A program made the position numbers and the translations under genes. From an uncultured Nitrososphaerota archaeon (GTDB lineage Archaea; Thermoproteota; EX4484-205; JAAOZP01), in NCBI GenBank assembly GCA_964416155.1, contig CAYQCW010000004.1:92044-156043 (forward strand): 64,000 bases of DNA, written 5' to 3'. How positions within the stretch are numbered: the stretch's first letter is position 1; each line of letters begins with the position of its first letter. Of the stretch, positions 39,242 through 49,574 are shown piece by piece. The notes below the pieces were generated by a model, which had not been told where the DNA came from, did no database searches, and worked only from the letters and a program-made list of their open reading frames with translations.

Positions 39242-40540
39242 GCTCTTACCCTGACAAGGATTGAACAACTTCTCAGAGACCTCAAGGATAAGCCCTCTCA
39301 CTACGTTGACATGCACATCCATTCAAAGTATAGCAGGGCTACAAGCTTAGACATGTCTCTCGAGAACATTGCTTTCTGCGCTAGGTTGAAGGGCATCAAT
39401 ATCGTCGGCACTGGCGACTGCACTCATCCCAAGTGGCTGAAAGAACTTAAGAAGAGCCTTGTAGAGGAGAAACCTGGGCTCTACAGGCTTAGGAGTGAAA
39501 AGAATCCTGCGAATGCTACGCTTTTCCTAATCCAGGGCGAGGTTAACACTGTTTACCAGGATGGGGGTATGGTTAAGAGGATCCACCACGTGGTTCTCTT
39601 CCCTGATTTCGACACCGTTAAACAGGCTTGCGACGTTTTAAAAAATATTGGCGACTTGGGTGCTGACGGCAGGCCCTTGCTGAAATGCAGCTCGCCGGAG
39701 CTCGTTGAAATTCTGAAAAGCGTTTCAAAAGACGTGGAGGTTTTTCCCGCCCATGTGTGGACCCCGCATTTCAGCATCTTCGGCGTTCACGGTTACATCA
39801 GCGTTAAGGAGTGCTATAAGGATAAGTCCGGGGAGATACATGCATTGGAAACAGGGCTCTCTTCAGACCCTTTGATGAACTGGAGGGTTTCAAAAAACGA
39901 TCCTTACACTCTTGTTTCAAACAGTGATTCACACTCATACTATCCTTGGAGGCTTGGGAGAGAGGCCAACCTGATGCTTCTCGAAGAGTTGAGCTACAGG
40001 AGCATTTTGAACGCGATACGTAAACAGGGGCATTCAACAATAATTCTGACCGTCGAAACCTATCCTGAATACGGTAAATACCATTACCCGGGCCACAGGG
40101 GATGCTCAGTTTCAGTCGACCCTGAGAAATATTTCAAGCTTAAGGGGGTCTGCCCGGTGTGTGGAAAAGAACTTACTCCAGGCGTGGAGACGCATATAGA
40201 GGAGCTTGCTGACCGTCCTAAAGGGGTTAAGCTTAGAGACGCTGCAGACTATGTTCACCTGATACCGTTATCCGAAATAATAGGCTACGTTTACTCTACA
40301 GACCTTAATTCTAAGAAGGCCTGGAGCATCTATTACAGTCTTATAAGGGAGTTTGGAAGCGAGTACCGCTTGCTGATTGAAACGCCTGTCGAAGAGATAG
40401 CTAAGCGCGACAGGAAGCTGGCGCAAGTGATCGAGATGGTTAGAAAGGACAGGGTTAGAATAAGACCTGGCTATGATGGAGTCTACGGCGAGATCGAGGG
40501 CTTCTGCAGCCAGAACAAGTTGACGGGTTTTTGCGAATAG
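39212..40540 (+). CDS. endoQ: Endonuclease Q family protein (PHP domain plus zinc finger); start 39212 or ~39251
   Basis: DMHIHSKYSRATS, GTGD.THP.W, PAHVWTP, ETGLSSD, SNSDSHS, GKYH, CPVCG, PGYDGVYG. Confidence 0.9.
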   Translation: MNSPPVKRSDALTLTRIEQLLRDLKDKPSHYVDMHIHSKYSRATSLDMSLENIAFCARLKGINIVGTGDCTHPKWLKELKKSLVEEKPGLYRLRSEKNPANATLFLIQGEVNTVYQDGGMVKRIHHVVLFPDFDTVKQACDVLKNIGDLGADGRPLLKCSSPELVEILKSVSKDVEVFPAHVWTPHFSIFGVHGYISVKECYKDKSGEIHALETGLSSDPLMNWRVSKNDPYTLVSNSDSHSYYPWRLGREANLMLLEELSYRSILNAIRKQGHSTIILTVETYPEYGKYHYPGHRGCSVSVDPEKYFKLKGVCPVCGKELTPGVETHIEELADRPKGVKLRDAADYVHLIPLSEIIGYVYSTDLNSKKAWSIYYSLIREFGSEYRLLIETPVEEIAKRDRKLAQVIEMVRKDRVRIRPGYDGVYGEIEGFCSQNKLTGFCE

Positions 40541-40600
40541 TTTAGGCTTAATTCCCCCATTAAGAATGTTGAGGAATGAACAGGGCGTGTGCACGCGAGC

Positions 40601-41923
40601 CTAGGCCTCTTTAAGCCGCAGGTAAGTAAGCTGCTTAGGCATGTAGTTGATCCTCCTGGGAGAAGGCCTAGTGCCGTATTCAACAGTCCTACCTATCGTG
40701 TCGAGAAGAACCTGCATCAATTCGCAGCCCCTTATCCTACCGAGCCCGCCACGCGCAGCCTCTCTTTCCGAGAAGATCCTCGTGTCGTCTTTCCTCAAAC
40801 CGCTGGAGGACACAAGTATTGGAACAGGCTCCCCTGAGTGCATCCCCCTGTCGCAAGGCGTAGTGTGGTCGCCGGTCACAACTATAGTGGTGCTGGTCAA
40901 AACCTTTTCATCAATCATCCTCAGGTTTTCTTCGAACCGCTGTATAAACTCGTATTTCGCAAGAGGGTTCCTACTGTGGCTTGCAACATCCGTGCCCTTC
41001 AAATGAAGGTATACGAATTCATACTTGTCCAACAGTTCAAGAGCCTTGTTCACCTTCCCAGTGATATTAGTATTTAGAAGACCGTTAGCACCCTCCACCC
41101 TGTAGATATCCATGCCTGTGGCTCGGCCTATCCCCTTGTATAGCAATCCTGCGGCGACACAGGCGGCGCTAAGATCCCATTTCTCCCTGAAGCTGGCCAT
41201 CCTTCTCTTAACCCCGGGGCTTCTCACCAGAATAGCGTTAGCCTCGTGAAGACCCTTCTCAACCCTAATCCTGTTCAACTCGTGTCTACTCAGCCTTCTA
41301 ATCGCCTCCACTGTTATGCTGTTAACCAGGTTGGCGAGCCTCCTCGCACCATCCGTATCCTTCGCTTCTTCAACAGGCTGGCAGAGTAGAACCGGCTTAC
41401 CCTCAGAATGAGGATCATTATCAGTAACCTCGTGGGACAATCCTTCTCCTGAAACAACCATGACGAACCTGTGCTCTGAAAGAGGCTGGAACCTTACTCT
41501 AAACAAGTCGCCCAGCTCCTCGTTAAGAAAGCCGGTAAGCTCCCTCGTCTGCTCGCCGCTTATTCTCCCAGCCCGCCTGTCGACAACAACCGGGTAACCG
41601 TTATCAACCCTGATCGTCGCAAGATTACCCCTGAAGGCTATCTCACCCTCCTCCAGCTCAACACCCTCGCCCAAGGCTTCAATAGGGCCCCTCCCGAAAT
41701 ACTCCCTCTCAATATCGTATCCGAACATGACTAGGTGTGAAACATCGCTGCTAGGTGGAACACCTGGAGCAATAACATCCATCAGTCCTTGAGAACCGTT
41801 TTCCTTAAGCTTTTTGAAACCTGTGGAGTTCGCCCTTTCAAGCGGTGTTAAACCGTCTAGCTCCCTGTAAGCATGGTCGCCAAGCCCGTCCAGCACTATG
41901 AGCAGTATCCTCTCAGGGTTCAA
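40601..41923 (-). CDS. apgM: 2,3-bisphosphoglycerate-independent phosphoglycerate mutase (second paralog)
   Basis: LDGLGD, SDVSHL, GRGPIEALG, DRRAGRI, HLKGTDVASH, GDHTTP. Confidence 0.9.
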   Translation of the reverse strand: MNPERILLIVLDGLGDHAYRELDGLTPLERANSTGFKKLKENGSQGLMDVIAPGVPPSSDVSHLVMFGYDIEREYFGRGPIEALGEGVELEEGEIAFRGNLATIRVDNGYPVVVDRRAGRISGEQTRELTGFLNEELGDLFRVRFQPLSEHRFVMVVSGEGLSHEVTDNDPHSEGKPVLLCQPVEEAKDTDGARRLANLVNSITVEAIRRLSRHELNRIRVEKGLHEANAILVRSPGVKRRMASFREKWDLSAACVAAGLLYKGIGRATGMDIYRVEGANGLLNTNITGKVNKALELLDKYEFVYLHLKGTDVASHSRNPLAKYEFIQRFEENLRMIDEKVLTSTTIVVTGDHTTPCDRGMHSGEPVPILVSSSGLRKDDTRIFSEREAARGGLGRIRGCELMQVLLDTIGRTVEYGTRPSPRRINYMPKQLTYLRLKEA

Positions 41924-41978
41924 CCCTACGGTTTATAATGGTGCCTGTGTTTAAACTTTGCTCAGGGGAAACCGGCAA

Positions 41979-42614
41979 TCAGCGCCAGTAGTATAACAGT
42001 ATAGGTAGAAACCAGGTGAAGCAGGCTGTGAAAAACAATATGGTGAAGGAGTAGAAAATCATTGGAATATTGCGGTAAGCGTATGCGAAGAGCAGCGTCA
42101 ACATTGAAACAATCGTCAGCAGGATGAGAACAGTCAACATCCCCCTACTGCGCGCGGCCACTAAGCCGGTTTTAGAGAAGGCTTCTAAAACGAGGAAGAT
42201 TGGGAAAGCATACATTAATCCGATTAGGAGGCTGGCTGTTAAAACGGCCCCGACCAAGCCTATTTGAAGATAGAGGGAGAAACATGTTGAAACCGCTATG
42301 GCTGCAGGGAGGAAAAGAAACCTGAGGAAAGACCATCCGGGTAGGCTCACCAGCCTCCTCGAAAGATCAGCGTAATGAGTGGTAAGCCATTTGAGAAACT
42401 CCGAGTCCAGCCCACCCGCCTTAACAGCATTATCCCTGAAGAAGTATAGTTTTTCAACAAGAGTATGCAGCCCAGCAGCGTCTAAAACGTCGCCTAAAAC
42501 CCCACGATCTGCAGAATCCTGAACCTGAGCGCAGACCCTGTTTAAACCAGCCTGATTAAGCAGGAACAGGGCGAAGGCAGAGGCGAGCAGTAGCCGCGTT
42601 GATTGACTACTCAT
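41979..42614 (-). CDS. Membrane protein with signal peptide, resembling a CFI-box-CTERM region
   Basis: Signal peptide, VEKLYFFRD..., followed by several TM helices. Confidence 0.6.
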   Translation of the reverse strand: MSSQSTRLLLASAFALFLLNQAGLNRVCAQVQDSADRGVLGDVLDAAGLHTLVEKLYFFRDNAVKAGGLDSEFLKWLTTHYADLSRRLVSLPGWSFLRFLFLPAAIAVSTCFSLYLQIGLVGAVLTASLLIGLMYAFPIFLVLEAFSKTGLVAARSRGMLTVLILLTIVSMLTLLFAYAYRNIPMIFYSFTILFFTACFTWFLPILLYYWR

Positions 42615-42711
42615 TTGGACATTGTTAGCTGTGCAACCCTTTCTTTTTAGTTTTTCCTAAACGGTGTTTGGAAGACTAAAAAGCTGGGTCAAACGGTTTA
42701 AGACCCTTAGG

Positions 42712-43339
42712 AAAAAGGTGAAAGCCGTCTCCCTAGATGTCGCGGGGACACGTAGCCGGGTCGGGGTTAAACGCTTCTGAGAAATCTTTCTCCAGCCGCC
42801 TGCGCGTCGGAGAACAGTGTTTCATTCAACGAGGCGTATACGCGTGTTTAAAAAGAAGTACAGCATGGTGAGCAGGGACTACGTCAGATGGTGCCTGCCA
42901 GAGTACTGGTTTAAAGAGCTGAATATTAGCATGAGCCTAGAGAAGCTTCTGGAAGAGTTCAGGCGTAGAGTAACTTTTCCCCGGACGCTGCCCCATCGAT
43001 AGCCAGGCTCTCCTTACAATACGTTTAAAGTCTCTTCGAACCTTCTGAGTATACTTCTGCAAGCCATCCTCAGCGATATTAAAGAGCATTTCTCAAGGGT
43101 TTTCAAGTCTCAACGTACTGCTTTCCTTATAAAACAGCCGAGTTCTACGCTAAAGCCTGCTCGAAAAAGGCTTCTCTCCAGAAGAGTTTCTCCACGTGGA
43201 CGACAGCGAGACGTACCGCCTTCTAGTGCCGAGAATAATAGGGATGAGGAGCATGCTGGTGGAATGTTACGGTAATCCTGAGCGGCACTACGAAGCTGAC
43301 AGTTTGGATGAGATATTTAACAGCATGGTGCCGGCTTAA
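42712..43339 (+). pseudogene. Decayed HAD-superfamily hydrolase
   Basis: KVKAVSLDVAGT (motif I) and LHVDDSETY..VPRIIGMRSMLV (motif IV region) in different frames. Confidence 0.65.
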
Positions 43340-43461
43340 GCAGACGGTGTTGCGAAAGATTCAGTAAGTAAACGATCGTACAGATTGGTCTTTAAATATG
43401 GTTGTGTCGCCGTTTTACAAAAAAGACGTTATATACGTTTAGCGAAATGCTAAATGTCGAG

Positions 43462-44337
43462 ATGAGGAAACACGCGGTAATCGTGCTGGCAGCGTTCATG
43501 GTTATGGCAGTGTTGGTCTCCAACCCGGCTTACGCGTACATCTGGGTGGATGAGCCGTGGCAGCCGTCTGGTCAGGAACAGGTTAATCTAGGGATCAGCG
43601 GATGCGTGTTCTACGATTCTAATGCGAACGGTGAGAGGGATGCGGGGGAACCCGTGTTAAGCGGCATCCGCGTGGAGCTCTGGGTCGGGGAGGACAGGGC
43701 CACGTACACGTTAACCGGCTCAACCTACAGTTTCTACAATGTTTGGGGCGAGTATACTGTTAAAGTGGGTTTAGCGGAGAACTGGGCTAGCACAACTCCC
43801 CAAGCCGTAACGTTGACAGTAAAGCAGGGGGAGACTGTTATCAGTGACTTCGGCGTTGTCCGCGTAGGGTGCTACGGCGGCGGCCACACCGTCGGGTTCT
43901 GGAGCAGCAAGAACGGTGAAGAAAAGATTAAAGACAGCCCCGGCGGGGAATCCACGGAGCTTTCACTGCTGGCCGGCTTTAACTTGAGGACTAGGGACGG
44001 ATACTTCTTCGAACCTCAATCGTATTCTGAACTCAGAAACTGGCTTCTGAGCGCTGACGCGACGAACATGGCTTACATGCTTTCAACTAAGCTAGCCGCC
44101 ATGTTTCTGAACGTTGAAGCAGGCTTTGTCAAGCCGGATGCGCCCGTCTACGCACCCGGCGTAAAGACTGGAACAGACTTCCTAACAATCAGCGAACTAA
44201 TAAATGAAGCCAACCATCAGCTGGGGCTCGACGGCTATACTCCGAGTGGAGACCCTAATAGAGCGTATCAGGAGCTAATCAGCATGGCGCTGGATGCTGC
44301 GAACAACAATTTGAACTTCGTCTGCACAACCCCGTAG
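43462..44337 (+). CDS. Secreted protein with SdrD-B/Cna-B-like domain
   Basis: Signal peptide, ISGCVFYDSNANGERDAGEPVLSG, then GHTVGFWS. Confidence 0.8.
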   Translation: MRKHAVIVLAAFMVMAVLVSNPAYAYIWVDEPWQPSGQEQVNLGISGCVFYDSNANGERDAGEPVLSGIRVELWVGEDRATYTLTGSTYSFYNVWGEYTVKVGLAENWASTTPQAVTLTVKQGETVISDFGVVRVGCYGGGHTVGFWSSKNGEEKIKDSPGGESTELSLLAGFNLRTRDGYFFEPQSYSELRNWLLSADATNMAYMLSTKLAAMFLNVEAGFVKPDAPVYAPGVKTGTDFLTISELINEANHQLGLDGYTPSGDPNRAYQELISMALDAANNNLNFVCTTP

Positions 44338-44602
44338 TGCTAGAAATAAGTCTCTCTGCTCGTCCAACAGTAGTCTCAGGTCTGCCAGCTTAGCTTTCGT
44401 GAGAGCACTAAGTTTTTCTCAACAGTTTTAATATCCTGCCATAACAGGTTTTATTGAAACGCTTAACGTAGCAACATGTTCATTCTAAAACCTGCTGAAA
44501 AATTTTTCCAGACAGCCTTAAACAAATGTTTAAAATTTAGAAGGCGTAGCCTACCAATGAGGATTATAGCCGGGGTCTCCTCGAGAAGACCTTGAAAACA
44601 AG

Positions 44603-45922
44603 GTGCTGAACATAGGCTCTCGGCTGGAGCTTTTCATCGACGATTGGCTCATAGCTGAGATGAGGAACGTTGAGCTGAGGCTGCACAACCCTGTTCCACA
44701 GGAGGTTTCGATCGTCTTCAACCAGTCTTGGGAGGGGAACTCATCAGGCTACGTGACAGTCTTTAAAGACTAGGGCTGCTTCAGAATGTACTACCGTGGC
44801 TCGAACCATGATCTGGCAACCGGAGAGGCAACGCACCCGGAGTTCGCGTGCTACGCTGAAAGCACCGACGGCATAAACTGGGTTAAGCCCCAGCTAAGCC
44901 TGTTCGAGTTAAACGGTTCGAAGCAAAACAACATAGTTTAGAACGGGGTTGGAACGCATAACTTCACGCCCTTCAAAGACACTAATCCAAACTGCCCGCG
45001 CGAAGCGGCTTACAAGGCTCTGGGGTTAGGCGGGGGAGGGCTCTACATCTTCAAGTCTCAAGTTTGCTGGCAGTTAACGTCCAGCCGGCCGGTCATAACG
45101 AAGGGTGCTTTCGACTCTCAGAACCTGGCTTTCTGGGATAATGTTCGAAAACGTTATGTTGCTTTCTTCCGCGGCTGGCGCGACGGGGTGCGCGACATTC
45201 TGACATGCTTCTCGGGAGACTTCGTAAACTGGACTGAGCCCGAATGGCTGGACTACGGTGAAGCCCCACGTGAGCATCTTTACACTGACGCGGTAAAACC
45301 CTACTTCCGGGCTCCGCATGTTTTCCTAGGGTTCCCCATGCGCTTCATCCCGGAGAGGGAGACGCCCCGCCGCTACAAGTAGGTTTCCGACACCGTGCTG
45401 ATGAGCAGCCGCGACGGCCTGCATTGGCGGCGATGGACGAAGGCTTCATCATCCGGCCTGGACCCATTCCTGAGCGGTGGATCAACCGTAACACCGTGAC
45501 GGCGTGGGGAATACTGGTTACTAAACCCAGGCTTACGAACGCTCCAGACCCGCTTTCACTATACTCTAGCGAGGGATACTATACTTCCGGCAACCGTCTA
45601 CGCCGCTTCACGCTGCGAACAGACGGCTTTGTCTCTGTGCACGCCCCTTATTCTGGAGGCGAGCTCGTAACACGTCCCCTCGTATTCGAGGGGAAAGGCT
45701 GTTGCTCAACTATTCCACGTCAGCCGCAGGAGGAGTAATTGTGGAAATCCTGGGCGAGTATCGTAAGCCTATTCCAGGCTTCTCGATGGAGGAGGGTGTG
45801 GAGCTTTACGGCGACGAGGTTGAGGCTGAAACCCGGTGGAAAAACGGCTCAGACATAAGCAGGCTGTCAGCCTACGCTTAAGGATGCGGGATGCTGACGT
45901 TTACGCTTTAAAAACCTGTTGA
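44603..45922 (+). pseudogene. Decayed beta-propeller glycoside-hydrolase-like gene
   Basis: RLELFIDDWLI, FRMYYRG, YAESTDGINWVKP, FDSQNLAFWD, SRDGLHW, LRTDGFVS, with in-frame TAG stops and frameshifts. Confidence 0.75.
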
Positions 45923-46217
45923 AAAAGAATATTGGGCAATGGCAGCGTGCGCTAAAACTCTTAGGAGCAGCTACTGTTTTTTTCACTCATCAGTTTAGTT
46001 TTAAATAACGATCGCGGAGTCGAAAAGTATTTAAACAGTTGAACCTTTGCAACCTAAGCATCGCGGTGAGGGAAACCCATGAATGAAAAAGAGGAAACGG
46101 AAGGTGCTTCTGATGAGGCTCACCAACATTCCACGAAGCCTTCGCACAGCCATAGTCCCCACCCCAACCGGTTCCTTGACACGCGTCTCCATGTTGGCCG
46201 GTAAGGCTGAAAACACT

Positions 46218-47426
46218 ATGGGTTTTAAACACGAGTTTACCGGTTCTCTGAGACAGTCGTTAATGGCCTATGTCTTCAACATCTTCGGAATCGCCGCCGG
46301 CACGATTGTTGCCCACTATCTCGGTGTTTTCCAAAGCTTCCCATGGGCCTTCATCGTTTACCCGCCGATTTTAAGTGCGAGAGGAGTCATAGGAGGGCTT
46401 TTCTGTGGCCACCTGAGCACTGGGCTACACCTTGGAACTGTTCAGCCAAGCTTTCCTAAGAACACTAGAAGCTTTTACCTGCTGCTCCACGCAACCATCG
46501 TCTTAACCCTTGAAGCCAGCATCCTAATGGGGCTGATCGCTGCCTCTCTGTTCGCCCTGTCTCAAAACGTGTTGAAACCGGAATTTTTCACCATTTTAAT
46601 CGTCATCATGTCGACAATGGCTTTAGCCCTGCTCGTTATCTCCCCACTCGCAATAACAGCCTCGTTCCTCTCCTTCAAGCATGGTTTGAACCCGGATATT
46701 GTGCTGTACCCAGTGGAGTCAACTATAGCCGACCTGTTAATCACCTTACTCTACGTCGGGGTGCTAAATATTTTCGCCTTCAACAATTCTACTGGGCAAT
46801 ATTTGCTCGCCTCAATCAGTTTGACACTGGTTTTCTTCGCCACGTATTTCACGATTAGAAACCTTAGGGAGAGGGAGTTCGTAAAAACAATAAGGGAGTC
46901 TCTTCTCACAATAATCCTTGTCTCCCTAATAATAAACATAGCTGGGTCAACCTTCGGGAAGATATCGGAAATCGTCGAGGAGAGGAGAGAAATATACACT
47001 GTTTACCCGGCTCTAATCGATACGATAGGCGACGTTGGCTCCATAGTTGGCTCCACCGCCACGACTAAACTCGCCCTAGGCACTCTGAAACCCGCTTTTT
47101 CCTCAATAAAGGAGCACTTTTTGGAGATTTCCAGTGCATGGCTGGCCTCCCTGATCATGTACTGCGTTTATTCCATCCTGTCTTTAATGATTCAAGGGGT
47201 TTTAACATTGCCTAGTCTCCTTAGCTTCACCGTTTTACTGCTTATCGCCAACTTAATAGCTGCATCAGGCATAATATTAGTGGCTTATGCGGTCGCGATC
47301 CTGACCTATAAAAGGGGTTTTGACCCTGACAATTTCGAAATACCGATTGAAAGCTCTCTGGCTGACAGCCTCACATCCATAGCTCTACTGGTTTCCCTCC
47401 TTATAATGGCTGGTTTCCAAGAATAA
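46218..47426 (+). CDS. MgtE-family divalent cation transporter (duplicated membrane domain)
   Basis: LSTGLHLG/ATTKLALG, GLNPD..PVESTIAD and GFDPDNF.IPIESSLAD. Confidence 0.85.
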   Translation: MGFKHEFTGSLRQSLMAYVFNIFGIAAGTIVAHYLGVFQSFPWAFIVYPPILSARGVIGGLFCGHLSTGLHLGTVQPSFPKNTRSFYLLLHATIVLTLEASILMGLIAASLFALSQNVLKPEFFTILIVIMSTMALALLVISPLAITASFLSFKHGLNPDIVLYPVESTIADLLITLLYVGVLNIFAFNNSTGQYLLASISLTLVFFATYFTIRNLREREFVKTIRESLLTIILVSLIINIAGSTFGKISEIVEERREIYTVYPALIDTIGDVGSIVGSTATTKLALGTLKPAFSSIKEHFLEISSAWLASLIMYCVYSILSLMIQGVLTLPSLLSFTVLLLIANLIAASGIILVAYAVAILTYKRGFDPDNFEIPIESSLADSLTSIALLVSLLIMAGFQE

Positions 47427-47473
47427 GATTTAAAACATTCTCCGCCACTTCTTATTCAAGAGATAAAAACAAA

Positions 47474-48103
47474 ATGGCCGAGTTTGAGAAGATAGAATAC
47501 AGGCCTAAACCAGTTCGGGAAATACTCTTGGAGATGAAAAACCTGTCTGAATTGATGATAGACCTAGCGTACTCCGCAGCCCTTTTCAACGATAAGGATC
47601 TTGCGGAAGAGGTTCTTGAGCTTGAAAAAAGGATTGACACGCTAGCCTATCTATTAGACATGACGATCATGATAGCTGCAAGAGACGCCGAGGACGCCGA
47701 GGCCTTAGCAGGCGTTGCAAAAGTAGCTGGAGCAACCGATAAAATATCGGATGCTGCCGGAGACATCGCGGTGATAGTTAAGCAGGAGATAGGTGTGCAC
47801 CCTGTTGTAACCGAGATTTTTGAAAAAGTCGAGGAACACATAGCCCGAGTTAAGGTTGAGGAAAAGTCTATAATCATTGGTAAAAAAATCGGGAAGCTGA
47901 ATCTCGCGGCTAGAATGGGTGTTAACATTATAGCTATCCGCAGGGGGAGAGAGTGGATAGTGAAGCCTGGGGACGACGAGAAGATTCTTAACGATGACGT
48001 TTTGATTGTGCGAGGAGCCCCCCAGGGAATCCAAAGGTTCAAGGAGCTTGCAGAGGGAAAAATAAGGAGGGTTGGAGATAGAGATGCAGCAAAGCAGCCA
48101 TGA
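47474..48103 (+). CDS. PhoU plus TrkA-C (RCK_C) domain protein
   Basis: MKNLSELMIDLAYSA, IIAIRRG..W..KP. Confidence 0.85.
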   Translation: MAEFEKIEYRPKPVREILLEMKNLSELMIDLAYSAALFNDKDLAEEVLELEKRIDTLAYLLDMTIMIAARDAEDAEALAGVAKVAGATDKISDAAGDIAVIVKQEIGVHPVVTEIFEKVEEHIARVKVEEKSIIIGKKIGKLNLAARMGVNIIAIRRGREWIVKPGDDEKILNDDVLIVRGAPQGIQRFKELAEGKIRRVGDRDAAKQP

Positions 48104-48668
48104 AGGTTTTAAGGAGATAGTTGAAAAATTCGTTGAGCTTAAAAACACATCGGAACTGATGATCGATTTAGCTTATTCAGCACTATTGCTGAACAGCAAG
48201 GACTTGGCTGAAGAAGTGCAGAGGCTTGAAGAGTATGTCGACAGGCTGCACACGGAATACGAGATGGCGCTCCTGTTAAGCCGGTTTAGAGAGGAGGAGG
48301 CGAAGGGTATTCTCGGCCTGATAAGGCTTGGCGTAGTCACTGAGGAGATTGCTGACGCTGCCGCTGAAATAGCTGAAGTAGTCTTGAGAGAAATAGAGCC
48401 ACATCCAGTAGTGAGGCTCGTAATAGAGGAAGCAGATGAAACCGTGACGTACGTGAATGTTTCAGAAGGCTCGTTGCTGGCAGGAAAGACGCTTCGAGAA
48501 GCACGGATCCCGGAGGAAACCGGAATGTGGATTCTAGCTGTAAAGAGGGGAGAAAAATACGTGAAGCCTAGGCCAGTCTTGAAGATTGAGCCTGGAGACG
48601 TTTTAATAGCCTTCGGGTATGCTGAGGGCGAGGAAGACCTTAAAAAACTGGCGTCGCCGAGCAGCTAG
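48072..48668 (+). CDS. PhoU plus TrkA-C domain protein (tandem paralog)
   Basis: LKNTSELMIDLAYSA, GKTL...ETGMWILAVKRG. Confidence 0.85.
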   Translation: MEIEMQQSSHEGFKEIVEKFVELKNTSELMIDLAYSALLLNSKDLAEEVQRLEEYVDRLHTEYEMALLLSRFREEEAKGILGLIRLGVVTEEIADAAAEIAEVVLREIEPHPVVRLVIEEADETVTYVNVSEGSLLAGKTLREARIPEETGMWILAVKRGEKYVKPRPVLKIEPGDVLIAFGYAEGEEDLKKLASPSS

Positions 48669-48729
48669 ACTGTATTCAGTTTGATGAAAAGACATTATAA
48701 CAAGTCTAGAATATGCTTGCTGGCTAAGC

Positions 48730-49546
48730 ATGGGTGGTAAGGGGGAGCAGGAGCGCAGCGTTATACAGTACTACGAGAAGGCTGCTGAAGAATACGATAA
48801 GGAGTATGAAACACCCTGCTTTAAAAAGCTGTATGTCAAGATTACTTGGCGTTACATGGAGCCGTATCTAAGTCGGGCGTAGTGCTGGACGCAGGCGGAG
48901 GTACTGGAAAGTGGACAATTCCCACAGTTAGAAAGGGCTTGAAGGTTGTTCTCTACGATATTTCTAGAGAAATGTTGAACGTGGCTAGACGCAAGATCAT
49001 GGAGGAGCATCTTGAAAACATGGTTGTCTTCTTCAAGGAGGGCGACGTATGTGAAATAAACTTCTCTGAGAATCATTTCAACTTTGTTCTCGCCGAGGGG
49101 GGGTCCAATATCTTACTGCAGCAACCTTGGTAAAGCAGTGGGGGAACTAGCTAGGATTCTTAAACACTGGCTGCTTCATGGCTGCTGGAGTAGACAGCTT
49201 GTTCAGCATTGCACGGGGCATGCTGGTTCGCAAGGGGCCGGAGGAGGCTTTCAAAGTTCTTCTGGAGAGAAGGTTTTTCGCTGAAGCCTAGAGTTTCTAC
49301 TGCTAGGTTTTTTCACCATCTGATCTGAGAAGCCTCTTCGAGAAGAACGGCTTAGAGGTAGTTAAGATAGTCGGCAAGACCGTGGCCTACGTCTCCAGAC
49401 CTGAAACCGAGCCTCTCCTCCAAGATGAAGAGAAGGCTGAGAAACTCCTAGAGCTTGAGCTGATGCTTTGCGAAGAGCCCTCTATAGTCGGCTACGGGAG
49501 CCATCTCCACATCGTTGCAAAGAAGAAAACTATCCCGGGAGGCTAG
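48730..49546 (+). pseudogene. Class I SAM methyltransferase, disrupted
   Basis: YYEKAAEEYD, VLDAGGGTG, ELARILK and GSHLHIVAKK spread over several frames with stops. Confidence 0.8.
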
Positions 49547-49574
49547 GATCTAGGTAAAAACAGTAAGACACTAG

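Noticed and set aside
32508-41923. Two apgM paralogs as a novelty
   Set aside because: Duplicate ApgM-type mutases are common in archaea.
44603-45922. In-frame TAG codons as pyrrolysine or stop recoding
   Set aside because: The gene also has frameshifts, one TAG is most simply a TGG-to-TAG mutation, and TAG serves as a normal stop in intact genes of this window.
46066-46126. Hammerhead-like GAAAC and CTGATGA upstream of the MgtE gene
   Set aside because: Stems I and III and the NUH cleavage site cannot be formed.
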